DNA of 57,918 nucleotides from a virus (Duplodnaviria; Caudoviricetes). The notes under the pieces were generated by a model. The model saw only the letters and a program-made list of their open reading frames with translations. It ran no database searches and was not told the DNA's origin. Below, piece after piece: positions 20,087 to 29,060 of the stretch. A program made the position numbers and the translations under genes. The stretch lies in IMG/VR virus record IMGVR_UViG_3300032799_000270, positions 1-57,918 of that record; one strand, given 5' to 3'. Position 1 is the stretch's first letter, and each line of letters begins with the position of its first letter.

Positions 20087-20968
20087 TCATTGCACTCTCA
20101 AGCTGCACGCCCAGACCGTCACGGTTCCTCCGGTCAGGAACGTGGCCGCACCGTTTCCGAAGTTCCGGCCCGTGGCGATGAAGTGGGCCGACACCGTTCC
20201 TCCGGCAACAGCCATGGTCATGCTCTTGAACCCGGTCGTGTCCTGGAAGGTGGTGTCAGCCACACCCGTAGCTTCCCCAATCGAAGCGGCGGAAGCGAAC
20301 TGGGTATAGGGTGCCACGGCGTTGCCCACGGAGATTGACACGTCCGTCATGGCCCCCCCACCATCCGAGAACTGAGCCGAGTGCTTGATCGTGTTTCCCA
20401 CGATCTTGCCGTACTGGGGCAGCGTAAACAGAGTCACGTCGGCCACGGTGTTCGCCACGAGGAAGGCTGCATCTGCGCTTGTGATCGTGTAGGGCGCACA
20501 GGCAACCGCCCCGCCTCCTTGAACCACACAGTACCCCGTTGTCGCGCCGGCAAACGTGGCGATGACCTCGAAGGTCGCGGCATTGATGCTGATGGAGGCC
20601 GGCTCGAAATACAGGGGGGGAGCGGAATTGTCGTAGCACGCCACCTGGAGATTTGCCGAATTGAAGCCGTGCTCCGCGTTGGTCATCGACACATTCACGA
20701 CGCCCACGAAGTCTTCTCGGTAGGCGGTCCCGCCGGCTGAGTTGATGTACGTCACCCCGCCGCCGGCGATGGTGCAATCTGTTCTGAGCGCCCCGGCGTT
20801 GTCTGCGCAGACCACCCCGGCCCCCGTGAAGTTGAGCGTGGACCGCCTGGCCAGCGCCCCGGCTTCGTCCATGATGAGGTTGTAGGCGGCCGGGGCCACC
20901 CCTGAGGCATAGAGGAGCACAGCCACCACCATCAGCGCCGTTGCGGTCTTGAACAGTGTGGATCTCAT
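20087..20968 (-). CDS. Virion structural protein with signal peptide
   Basis: LNFTGAGV and EHGFNSANLQVACYD fibre-type motifs. Confidence 0.6.
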   Translation of the reverse strand: MRSTLFKTATALMVVAVLLYASGVAPAAYNLIMDEAGALARRSTLNFTGAGVVCADNAGALRTDCTIAGGGVTYINSAGGTAYREDFVGVVNVSMTNAEHGFNSANLQVACYDNSAPPLYFEPASISINAATFEVIATFAGATTGYCVVQGGGAVACAPYTITSADAAFLVANTVADVTLFTLPQYGKIVGNTIKHSAQFSDGGGAMTDVSISVGNAVAPYTQFASAASIGEATGVADTTFQDTTGFKSMTMAVAGGTVSAHFIATGRNFGNGAATFLTGGTVTVWACSLRVQ

Positions 20969-20978
20969 CGCTCGCCTC

Positions 20979-21962
20979 TCAATATCTCGCGTAGGTGACG
21001 AAGCCGCCACCCGTCACGGCCGCCGAGGTCGTCAGACACAGCGCATTGGCGACCGGCACGGTTACCAGCGAACGGCCTTCCAGGTCCAATGCCAAACTGA
21101 GGATGTTGGTGTAGGCCCCGGAGATAGCCGTCGTTCCTACGCCGCAGTTCGCCCCGGTTCCGTAGACCAAGGTAAGGTTCGTCGCGCCGGAATAGGACAG
21201 CGACAGATGACAGACCCGGATCTGGTCGCCTGCGGCCAGGGCGACGATTTCCAGTGTTCCAGCTCCCGCAATAGTGATGGCCGCTCGCTCCGTGCAGGCT
21301 GGCACTGGGGTATAGGCTGTGGCCGCCCCGTCGTAGTATTCCTGGCCTGCCGACAAGGGGTTGGCTAGTGTTCCGAACGGGTTGGTACCATCACTGAGCC
21401 GGCTGAACAGCGGGTTCGCCTGAGTTCCTTGCGCCGCCGCTCCGTCCGACAAGTAGACTGGCCAGCGGTTTACGGCGGTGTTTGCTGCGCCCTGATTGGC
21501 CGTTACGACCGCTCCCGGAGCAAAGCTCACAATGCTAAGGGATCGGTAGCCGTAAAAGGTCCCGCGCAACCTCCGTCCCGCTCCCGCCACCGCCCCAGTC
21601 AGCGTGATGCGCTGCCAGGGGTAGTAGCCGTACAGAATCGTGGAAGCCTGGGTCAAGGCCACATTCGGGTTCACACCTTCCAGTGTCGCTCCAGCGAACG
21701 CCACCCAAGCCGCCGGGGCGCCGTTGTTGTCCGCCGAGGATTGAAAGGTCAGCGTGAGGGCGGGGAAACCCGTGCTGGTGTAGGCCACGTACCAGCTCTT
21801 GCAGCCGATGAAGCGGTTGTCAAAACTCGCGCTTGAACCGTTGCCTGTGAAGTCGAAGAAGATCATGCAGTCCGGGATGACGTTCACCGGCGTGGTCAGC
21901 GGTTGCGCCCAGAGCGCAGAACCAAACAGCAGAACGAAGATCAGAACTCTAGCGCCGCGCAT
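20979..21962 (-). CDS. Beta-rich virion protein with signal peptide
   Basis: MRGARVLIFVLLFGSALWA-Q; two beta-sandwich-like domains. Confidence 0.6.
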   Translation of the reverse strand: MRGARVLIFVLLFGSALWAQPLTTPVNVIPDCMIFFDFTGNGSSASFDNRFIGCKSWYVAYTSTGFPALTLTFQSSADNNGAPAAWVAFAGATLEGVNPNVALTQASTILYGYYPWQRITLTGAVAGAGRRLRGTFYGYRSLSIVSFAPGAVVTANQGAANTAVNRWPVYLSDGAAAQGTQANPLFSRLSDGTNPFGTLANPLSAGQEYYDGAATAYTPVPACTERAAITIAGAGTLEIVALAAGDQIRVCHLSLSYSGATNLTLVYGTGANCGVGTTAISGAYTNILSLALDLEGRSLVTVPVANALCLTTSAAVTGGGFVTYARY

Positions 21963-23769
21963 AAAGCAAAATCTCCAATCCGGCCACAATCTGAGTGGCC
22001 ATGGGCAGAATGCCTCCGCTCAGGTTTGGCACGTTGACGATGTACCGCAGGGTCTGCCCGCTCTGGATCTGAATGCCGCCGTCCAACCCGTATGCCTGCT
22101 GGCGGCTGCCGAGTCGTACTAGCACGTTGCCCAGGTGAATCGCGTAGGTCCGATTGACCTGGAGCCTCCACTGGATGTCCCCGTTGCCGTCCGCGAAGCC
22201 GGGACCCGTGTAATCATGGAACAGGGCGGTAATCAGCCCATCGTAGCCGGTGGGAACCCGGAAGTTGAAGATCTCCACGTCTCCCGAAATCGCCAGAGGG
22301 GTAGGGATGGCCCCAGTCGGCCGGCGCGAGATGAAATCCTTCGGCGCCCTCACGCTGTCGATGTCCACCCAGGTCTCCTGCTGGCAGCAGGTCCGCGCTC
22401 GCATAAACTGCTGCTCGCCCTTCAGTTGCTCCTGAAGGCAACGGTCGAACTGGTTCGGGACCAGAACCACCATGCGCCGGGAACCGGCCAGGGGGATGAC
22501 CGCGGGCGCCCCGGGAGGCCCGGCAATCGAAAACCAGTAGAAGCTACCGGCAACAGGAAAGCCTCCAATGAGCCCTGACATGCCCACGAGAAGCATCGGG
22601 TCCACCACATCCATGATGGGCGGCGAAAGGTAGTATATCGGCCCGCCTGGCGGATCGAAAGACGGGTTGGCCAATTCGTCGTGGAAGATCGTACCGGCGG
22701 CGATCGGACCGCCGCTGTAAGTTGCGAACAGGATGCGCGAGAGGGGTGTCAAACCATCGAGCGTCGTTTGCTCCACCCACCACAGATAGGTTTGCCCGCC
22801 CAGCGTGGAAGCGTGGATGCTCCCCGAGCGGGCCGTGCCCTCCGCATTCAGCCGCTGGGTCGGAACGGCTACTTGAGTGATGGCAGGATTCGGAGCCGTG
22901 TAAGGATCGACCACCAGCATCCCGCCGGTCCAGTACTGGTCCAGTTCGGAAGTTCCGTTTTCGACCGGGAACGGGAAGATCAGCATAGTTCCGACGCGGT
23001 CGGGAAAGCCGAAGGTCTGGTCCGAGATGAAGTTGTAGGTGTAGACCACCACTGGGGCGGTCATCACGCCGGCGGAACTGATCTGGCGGTAGTACACAAT
23101 CCGGGGCTTCTGGGGGCCGACTCGCGGCCGCTCGCTGTAGATCACATGCGCCGTGCCCGCCGGGTCCATGTAGATAGCTTCGAGGCAGCAGAGCTTGCTC
23201 TGCGGCAGAAGCACGTTGTCACTGACCACGATGGGGGCCAGAAAGCCCACGCCGTCGTGCCGGTAAAGCGTGATCTGCTGGCCTACAAAGAAGACGGGGG
23301 CTACTGTGGCAGCATAAATCCAATCCTCGGCCATCACGACATTACGATGGTAGCCGGCAATCTGCGGGGCCAGGGCTGCAAACGCATCGCAGTTGAACAA
23401 GAGCGGGCCGAGCGTGTTGGTAATGCAGTCGAAATCCCGCACGGCGGGGATATTCAAACCGGCAGTTTCGGGAGGCCCCCCAGGGTAGCAGATGCGGATT
23501 GTGTCTGCGTTAAGCCTGGCGGTTGCCACCAGCAAATTACCACCGCTGGGCATAGCCGCCACGTCCTGAGAAGCCCAGGTTAAACCGGCATCTGCGCTTC
23601 GGTACACTCGCAGATCAGCCGAGGCTTCGCCTGTTGCGATGAACCAACTGGCGTACCGCTCATTGCCTCTGATGTGAGGACCGGGATAGTTGCAGCTTTG
23701 CCCTCTGACATGGAACCAAGACGTGAAATCCACGCCAGCCAGAAACGGTCCTTGGGCAGTGTATGGCAT
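21949..23769 (-). CDS. Vertex/turret-like protein: N-terminal propeller-like domain plus C-terminal jelly-roll paralogous to 23770-24381
   Basis: FRVPTGYDGLI..GFADGNGDIQWRLQ..GGIQI aligns by eye with FQVPMGYDGVI..GFVEGSSDIEWRIQ..GGIRI. Confidence 0.6.
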   Translation of the reverse strand: MPYTAQGPFLAGVDFTSWFHVRGQSCNYPGPHIRGNERYASWFIATGEASADLRVYRSADAGLTWASQDVAAMPSGGNLLVATARLNADTIRICYPGGPPETAGLNIPAVRDFDCITNTLGPLLFNCDAFAALAPQIAGYHRNVVMAEDWIYAATVAPVFFVGQQITLYRHDGVGFLAPIVVSDNVLLPQSKLCCLEAIYMDPAGTAHVIYSERPRVGPQKPRIVYYRQISSAGVMTAPVVVYTYNFISDQTFGFPDRVGTMLIFPFPVENGTSELDQYWTGGMLVVDPYTAPNPAITQVAVPTQRLNAEGTARSGSIHASTLGGQTYLWWVEQTTLDGLTPLSRILFATYSGGPIAAGTIFHDELANPSFDPPGGPIYYLSPPIMDVVDPMLLVGMSGLIGGFPVAGSFYWFSIAGPPGAPAVIPLAGSRRMVVLVPNQFDRCLQEQLKGEQQFMRARTCCQQETWVDIDSVRAPKDFISRRPTGAIPTPLAISGDVEIFNFRVPTGYDGLITALFHDYTGPGFADGNGDIQWRLQVNRTYAIHLGNVLVRLGSRQQAYGLDGGIQIQSGQTLRYIVNVPNLSGGILPMATQIVAGLEILLYARR

Positions 23770-24381
23770 TCAGGGCCTCGGGTAGAACCAGCCGTATATG
23801 GCGCACAGGATGCGCCCGTTCGGATCGAGCAAAGCGAAGTTGTTCACCCGTGCGATGTAGCGGATGGTCTCGTGGCTGTAGATCCGAATGCCTCCCCCGC
23901 TCAGCGAAGAGGGCGCCTGTAAATCACCCAGGCTGGTGAGGATCTGCCCGTAGTCGGGAGCATACCGCCGGGAAAGCTGGATGCGCCATTCGATGTCGCT
24001 TGAGCCTTCGACAAAACCAGCCCCAATGAAGCGGTTGACCATCCCCATAATCACGCCGTCGTACCCCATGGGAACCTGAAACCCCACAACTCCGGTATCG
24101 GTCGCCAAGGGGAAAACGGCAAGAGGCAGGGTGTTGATTTCCTGGTAGCGCCTGCCCTGTTGAGGCATCTTGACCCAGGGGGGTTCGTCGTCGGAATACT
24201 TCATCGACTCGGCCCTTCGGCACAGACCCGTAATCCCGCCACAGCATTGGATGTTGTACCAGATGGCCGTGTCCTGGGCCAGACAAGCATCGAAGTGGTT
24301 GCCCGGCTTGCCGTGGCACATCGGGAAACCGTGGCCCGCCGGGAAGGGCTGCGGAATTCGCAAGGTCCCGAGGTGTCTCAT
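23770..24381 (-). CDS. Single jelly-roll-like minor capsid/penton protein
   Basis: Alternating beta pattern ending CAIYGWFYP. Confidence 0.55.
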   Translation of the reverse strand: MRHLGTLRIPQPFPAGHGFPMCHGKPGNHFDACLAQDTAIWYNIQCCGGITGLCRRAESMKYSDDEPPWVKMPQQGRRYQEINTLPLAVFPLATDTGVVGFQVPMGYDGVIMGMVNRFIGAGFVEGSSDIEWRIQLSRRYAPDYGQILTSLGDLQAPSSLSGGGIRIYSHETIRYIARVNNFALLDPNGRILCAIYGWFYPRP

Positions 24382-24917
24382 TGCTTGTAGACCTCGCAGG
24401 GTTCGGCCGTAAAGATGATGAGCTGGGGCCGGATCGCCACGGCCGCCGTGTTAGCGATGTCCACCGCCAGCAGGCCCGGTTCCAAGATGAGTCTCGGCTG
24501 GGTCAGGAGATGCGGCAGCATGGCATTGCGTTGATCGGTGAGAGTAGCTTGCAGGCTGCTGAAGGCCGTCCCTTGCACGAAGTCGCTGAAGAACGGGATT
24601 CCGTTGCACGTGTCGGTGATCTGGAGCCACACGTCGTTGGCCGCGATCTGGGCGAACGGGGCTACCAGCCCGAAGCGGTTGCAGAGCAAGGCCCACACGT
24701 AGGACCGGGGCGTGACCCGAAGCTGATATTCCAAGGTCCGGTAGGCCGCGATGGTCGAGTTCTCGTCGTCGGGGATGACGTACCACTTGGGCCGGTACGT
24801 GTTGGCCCGCCTGAGCACGTCCAGGGCTCCTAAGGCGCTCGCCATGTAGTAGCCCGGACGATAGCGGATCGCCGGATTCAGCGTGAAGGCGTCGATGATG
24901 GAAGGCAGTCCGTTCAT
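24378..24917 (-). CDS. Single jelly-roll-like capsid protein
   Basis: LQITD..FFS..PHLLTQPRLI..GLLAVDI.N..QLII; same strand layout as neighbours. Confidence 0.55.
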   Translation of the reverse strand: MNGLPSIIDAFTLNPAIRYRPGYYMASALGALDVLRRANTYRPKWYVIPDDENSTIAAYRTLEYQLRVTPRSYVWALLCNRFGLVAPFAQIAANDVWLQITDTCNGIPFFSDFVQGTAFSSLQATLTDQRNAMLPHLLTQPRLILEPGLLAVDIANTAAVAIRPQLIIFTAEPCEVYKQ

Positions 24918-24927
24918 GGTTTTCTCC

Positions 24928-25794
24928 TCACACCGTCTCTTGCCGGCGGATGCCGTGGAAACAGATCTGATAGGTGGACGGCAGCAACGGGGCTGTCAAC
25001 AGGCTGGTGACTTCAAAGCGGATGAACGTCTGGCGCCGGTAAAGCACCGAAGGAACCGGGAACACCGGGTTGTAGAAGTGGACCAGACCCGAGGCCGCGT
25101 CGTTCAGGTAAACGTCCAGTACCGGAGCGTTCGACAACTGCTTCCCCCGCTCATCGAAGAGTTGCAGCTTCACTTCAGAGTCCGGTACCGCATTGGTCGG
25201 CACTCCGGCCTGCGCCGTCCGAATGATCGTGATGCGCTGAAGCTCAAAGTCGCAACCTTCGGTTATCGGGAACGAGAACTTGCGGGGTTCGGCATCCGTG
25301 CCGGCCCAAGTCACGTTGAACGCCTGAACGTAACTGAACGGTCGCTCGATATACTTGTACTCGCTTTTCCCCGGATATGCGATCTCTCCCCCGGGAGGTT
25401 GCAGGTAGCGCCTCACCCCCTGAAAAGCGATCTGCGCAAAGAAAATGGTGACCATGCCCGCGACCCGGTTAGCTCTGGCCACCGTGTACAGATCCATGGC
25501 CAGCAAGCCGGCCGGCGTTATGAACCGCTCCGGGGCGATGGGGTAGGTTCGGGGCATGACGAAGCCGGCATTGGCCCCAGTCAAGGGAACCACGCTGGCG
25601 CGGAACTGAACCCGGGCCGCCAGTTTGTCGGCTCCCATGATCTGACGCAACGCGAAACCCGCGTCATTGTCGGCTACTCGGGTGTCGATGTTCGAGTAGC
25701 TCGCTCCATCGGTGAGCGCGTCCCCGTCGTAGACGTGCATGTAGGGCAGGTCGTAGTAGCCCGCAGGCGTTTGGTACTCGGCTAGTTGGAACAT
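24928..25794 (-). CDS. Tandem (two-domain) jelly-roll-like capsid protein
   Basis: Internal repeat: PYMHVYD..GFALRQI..QIAFQGVRR and PFSYVQA..DFELQRI..QICFHGIRR. Confidence 0.6.
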   Translation of the reverse strand: MFQLAEYQTPAGYYDLPYMHVYDGDALTDGASYSNIDTRVADNDAGFALRQIMGADKLAARVQFRASVVPLTGANAGFVMPRTYPIAPERFITPAGLLAMDLYTVARANRVAGMVTIFFAQIAFQGVRRYLQPPGGEIAYPGKSEYKYIERPFSYVQAFNVTWAGTDAEPRKFSFPITEGCDFELQRITIIRTAQAGVPTNAVPDSEVKLQLFDERGKQLSNAPVLDVYLNDAASGLVHFYNPVFPVPSVLYRRQTFIRFEVTSLLTAPLLPSTYQICFHGIRRQETV

Positions 25795-25821
25795 GGCAGC
25801 GTCCTTTCTCTGCCCGGCCGA

Positions 25822-26250
25822 CTAGCGCCGCGCCGCCGGCAACCGATACCGCTTGGCTCCGCGCAGAACGATCTGCACCGTGTTCGGAGCCGCCGACAGT
25901 TCGTTGATCTCGATGCCAATTCGGGAGCCTGCCGGCATGAGCAACTCGGGGAAGATCGGATACGGGTACGGAACCGTCCCCGACAGCAGGTTGGCCGACA
26001 GCATGAAGCCCGAACTCAGGTAGTAGCCTTGGCTGTCGTTGAACCGGAACGAAAACGCTCCGGTGGCCTGGCTGAGAATCACGGCCCGCCACACGAAGTC
26101 GCTATCGGTGTGGATCGGGACCGACTGATCTCTCAGGATCTGGGACGCCAGCAGGTTCACGTCGTACACGTAGTCGAAGCTGACATCCACGAAACCCAGT
26201 GGGAACTCGGGAACCAGTCCATTTTGAACCGGCGTTGCGTAGGGGTTCAT
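25822..26250 (-). CDS. Single jelly-roll-like capsid protein
   Basis: FDYVYD..DSDFVWRAV..PYPIFPE..QIVLRGAKRY; paralog of both halves of 24928-25794. Confidence 0.6.
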   Translation of the reverse strand: MNPYATPVQNGLVPEFPLGFVDVSFDYVYDVNLLASQILRDQSVPIHTDSDFVWRAVILSQATGAFSFRFNDSQGYYLSSGFMLSANLLSGTVPYPYPIFPELLMPAGSRIGIEINELSAAPNTVQIVLRGAKRYRLPAARR

Positions 26251-26419
26251 CGGAACCCTCCTTTTCTCCCGCCCCGGTCATGCAGGCGGGTTTAGCCTCA
26301 AACGGAGGGCTGGCGGGGGCCCGGAGACCGGAGGCCCCCGTTTCCTGCCAGCCCCGATCCCGGCCCACCCCTGCCGATGGGCCGGGAAACTCGCTAGAGC
26401 AGATCCAGCCGGATCAGCT

Positions 26420-27061
26420 CTACATCACTGGACGAGCGTGCAGACCGTCGAGCAGGCACATCAGACAGAACGTGCCCGTCACGGTGTAAGGCCCGCCCGT
26501 CAACTGGGCGTAGAACTCGCCCTGGTTCTCGATCACGAGCGGGATCGCCAACTTGTGCATCGAGCTGCGATCCGCTACGCCGTTGGTGTAGGCCCCCAAG
26601 GCCGCAGCGTTGGCGTTGATGTTGACGAACCCGCCGCCGGCACTGTAGTACCAGATGGGGCCGCGGTTGTAGCACTTCTGGCCGAGGAAGAACTCGAAGC
26701 AGAAGTTGGTGAGCGCGTTGCCCACGATCGCCAACAGATCCGCGATCAGCATGTCCTCGTTCCAGTAGAGCCGAATACCCAGCACGGAGTGAGCCTCTGG
26801 AGCGGGGAGCCGCCTGGACTGCGTGAGGTTGGTTTGTCCCAGGGTCTTGCCCGAAGCTGGTCCTACGGCCGTGAACAGCGCCGTGTTGGCCTGCGTGATC
26901 GGAACCGCGCCCAGGAAAAAGGTGTCGTACAAGGGCTCGTTTTGAACATCCAACTTGCCCTGTACGTAGGTTTCACCCTGGAACGCATCCAGGATGGTCA
27001 TGTCCTGCGGGCTGAGAATCTGGCTCAGCGCCGCTCGTCTTGCCTGACTGATCTTTGCCAC
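26420..27061 (-). CDS. Putative major capsid protein (single vertical jelly-roll type)
   Basis: PLYDT..TNL..LPAP..VLGI..PLVI..LDG pattern; heads the paralog cluster and is followed by GC hairpins (26280-26400). Confidence 0.55.
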   Translation of the reverse strand: MAKISQARRAALSQILSPQDMTILDAFQGETYVQGKLDVQNEPLYDTFFLGAVPITQANTALFTAVGPASGKTLGQTNLTQSRRLPAPEAHSVLGIRLYWNEDMLIADLLAIVGNALTNFCFEFFLGQKCYNRGPIWYYSAGGGFVNINANAAALGAYTNGVADRSSMHKLAIPLVIENQGEFYAQLTGGPYTVTGTFCLMCLLDGLHARPVM

Positions 27062-27175
27062 TTCAAATCTCCAGTTCTCGAAGGGGCCGCACTGCCTTTA
27101 CGTTCCAGGACCTGTACGTCCCCCTCCGTTCGACTTCTCAACGGTTTCAGGTGCTCTGATGTCCGGTAGCCCGGC

Positions 27176-28042
27176 TCAGTAGCCCCCGTAAGCCCTTGCC
27201 AATCCCGACATGGCCACTGGCGCTGCCACCGGCAGAGCCCTCAGCGGGTTCTCGGGGATCGACCAGTCCGCGTTCATGATCCCGGCCAGCCCGACCTGGC
27301 GGGCGATGGCGGGCAGGAAGGCGTTCAACGCCACCGAGCCGGTTTGGATGAGTCCTCCAAAAAGGACTGCATCTGCCACCGTCTGGTCCTTGACCACAGC
27401 CCGGGCGATCATCTGCGCGACGAACGCCGAAGCTCCGGTTGCGACAGTCCGCATCAGGTTGCCCTGCACGAACTGCCCCGGGATCAGGGTCGGGATGAAC
27501 TTGGCCGCAGCCATGCCGGCCATACCGGCGACAATGGCCTTGGCCATCCCCGCGCCCCGAAGCCCGAAAGCCCCCGGGTTGCGCCGCCGTGCGACACTGC
27601 GCCGGCGGTGTGAAGTCCTGCGATTGCGCCTGCGGGGAGCCGTCACCACTACACGGGTAGCGTTACGACGCCGCCGACGAGGATTGGCCGCTCGTGCGGT
27701 CTTCTTTCTGCGTCTCTTCTTCACTGCACTCCTCCTTGGATTGACGGCTCCCAGAGTGACCAACAGAGCCGGATTGAGTTGCCGTCTCTTGCGTGCCGGA
27801 GCTTTCCGGCGCCGAGCGCGGACCTTGCGGCGCGGGTTGACACTGGCCTTGGGGCTCACCCGACGACGGACGACTTTCGCCTTCCTTCGCCGATGAGCCT
27901 TCAGGGCCGCTTTCTGTCGCTTCGAGCCGAAAAACCTGATCTGCTTGGCGGTCATCCGGCGCCGGTGCCCAGGATTCTGCTTCCTCTTGCGACTCCGGCG
28001 CTGCGGATTGGCGACCAAGCGTCTCACCCTTGTGACGACCAC
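27176..28042 (-). CDS. Arg-rich core/DNA-condensing protein with C-terminal membrane segments
   Basis: GTG after a GGAGAG RBS; protamine-like NP-RRRR blocks; hydrophobic C-terminal third. Confidence 0.7.
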   Translation of the reverse strand: MVVTRVRRLVANPQRRSRKRKQNPGHRRRMTAKQIRFFGSKRQKAALKAHRRRKAKVVRRRVSPKASVNPRRKVRARRRKAPARKRRQLNPALLVTLGAVNPRRSAVKKRRRKKTARAANPRRRRRNATRVVVTAPRRRNRRTSHRRRSVARRRNPGAFGLRGAGMAKAIVAGMAGMAAAKFIPTLIPGQFVQGNLMRTVATGASAFVAQMIARAVVKDQTVADAVLFGGLIQTGSVALNAFLPAIARQVGLAGIMNADWSIPENPLRALPVAAPVAMSGLARAYGGY

Positions 28043-28373
28043 TTTGCACTCTCCTTCCCCCTGAAACATCCAGGGGCTCGTCTTCACCCTGGTTGCCCAG
28101 GGGGAAATCTTTCTGGCCGAAAGCAAAAGGGGGCTGCCAGAGACGGATTACTCCATCCCCGACAGCCCCCTTTCGAAAGGCTGCTTTCGGCTTCCTCACC
28201 CCCCGGCCGCGAACCGGAGGGCTCATCAGAACGCTATGAAAAGATCGTGCCTTTCAACTCGAAAAGGCGTATACTGCTACTGGGGATAGGCCACGGGAAT
28301 CTAGACCCGTCGGCTGACTTCCGGTCGCTCCGAAGCCGGGTCCCCATTTATCAAATTCGGAGGCCACGCGGAG

Positions 28374-29060
28374 GTGGCCATGTACGACAAAATCTGTCCT
28401 TGGTGTTCTGCCTCGTTCCGAACAAACCGTAGGTGGAGGATATACTGCTCCAAACGGTGTTCGCTGGTGCATCGGAACACCAAACCGAGAGAACAGGTCT
28501 TCGTAACGAAACAGTGTCCGGAGTGCCAAAAAACGTTCGAATCCAGAAGATGTCTGCGCCTCACCTTCTGCTGCCGAAAGTGTGCAAGGGATTATCACGG
28601 TTTCCACAACCGTCTGCCCGTTGCAATTCGTCTCTATAGAAGAATCCAGAAAACTGAAATCGGCTGTTGGAACTTCATGGGATACAGAGATCAAGCCGGG
28701 TACGGTCGCATCGTTTGTGGAGGAAAGTTGAGACCCGCACATCGCGTTTCCTACGAACTCCAGTACGGTGTTATCCCCCAAGGCTTGGAGATTAACCATC
28801 TCTGCAAAAATAGAGCTTGCGTGAACCCTGAGCATTTGGAAGCCGTGACTCATCGGGAAAACGTCCAGTATTCCAAGGGAACTACCGCAACACGTTGGGG
28901 TTGTGGTCATGAAAGAACCGAAGCGAACACGATGCGAAGAAGAACCGGAATCGAGCAATGCCGAATGTGTCTTCGCCGCCAAGCTAGGCAGTCCTACTGG
29001 AGACATGCAGAAAAACGCCGCCAAGCAGTTAAGTCCCACTACCATAGCGTCAATCAATAA
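28374..29060 (+). CDS. Free-standing HNH homing-type endonuclease with Zn ribbons
   Basis: CPWC..YCSKRC, CPEC..CCRKC, AHRVSYEL...INHLCKNRACVNPEHLEAV; antisense to the operon and visibly lower GC. Confidence 0.9.
   Translation: MAMYDKICPWCSASFRTNRRWRIYCSKRCSLVHRNTKPREQVFVTKQCPECQKTFESRRCLRLTFCCRKCARDYHGFHNRLPVAIRLYRRIQKTEIGCWNFMGYRDQAGYGRIVCGGKLRPAHRVSYELQYGVIPQGLEINHLCKNRACVNPEHLEAVTHRENVQYSKGTTATRWGCGHERTEANTMRRRTGIEQCRMCLRRQARQSYWRHAEKRRQAVKSHYHSVNQ

Noticed and set aside
26840-26875. GPASGKT in the putative capsid protein as a Walker A motif (packaging ATPase)
   Set aside because: Spacing is not GxxxxGKT, there is no Walker B, and the context is beta-rich
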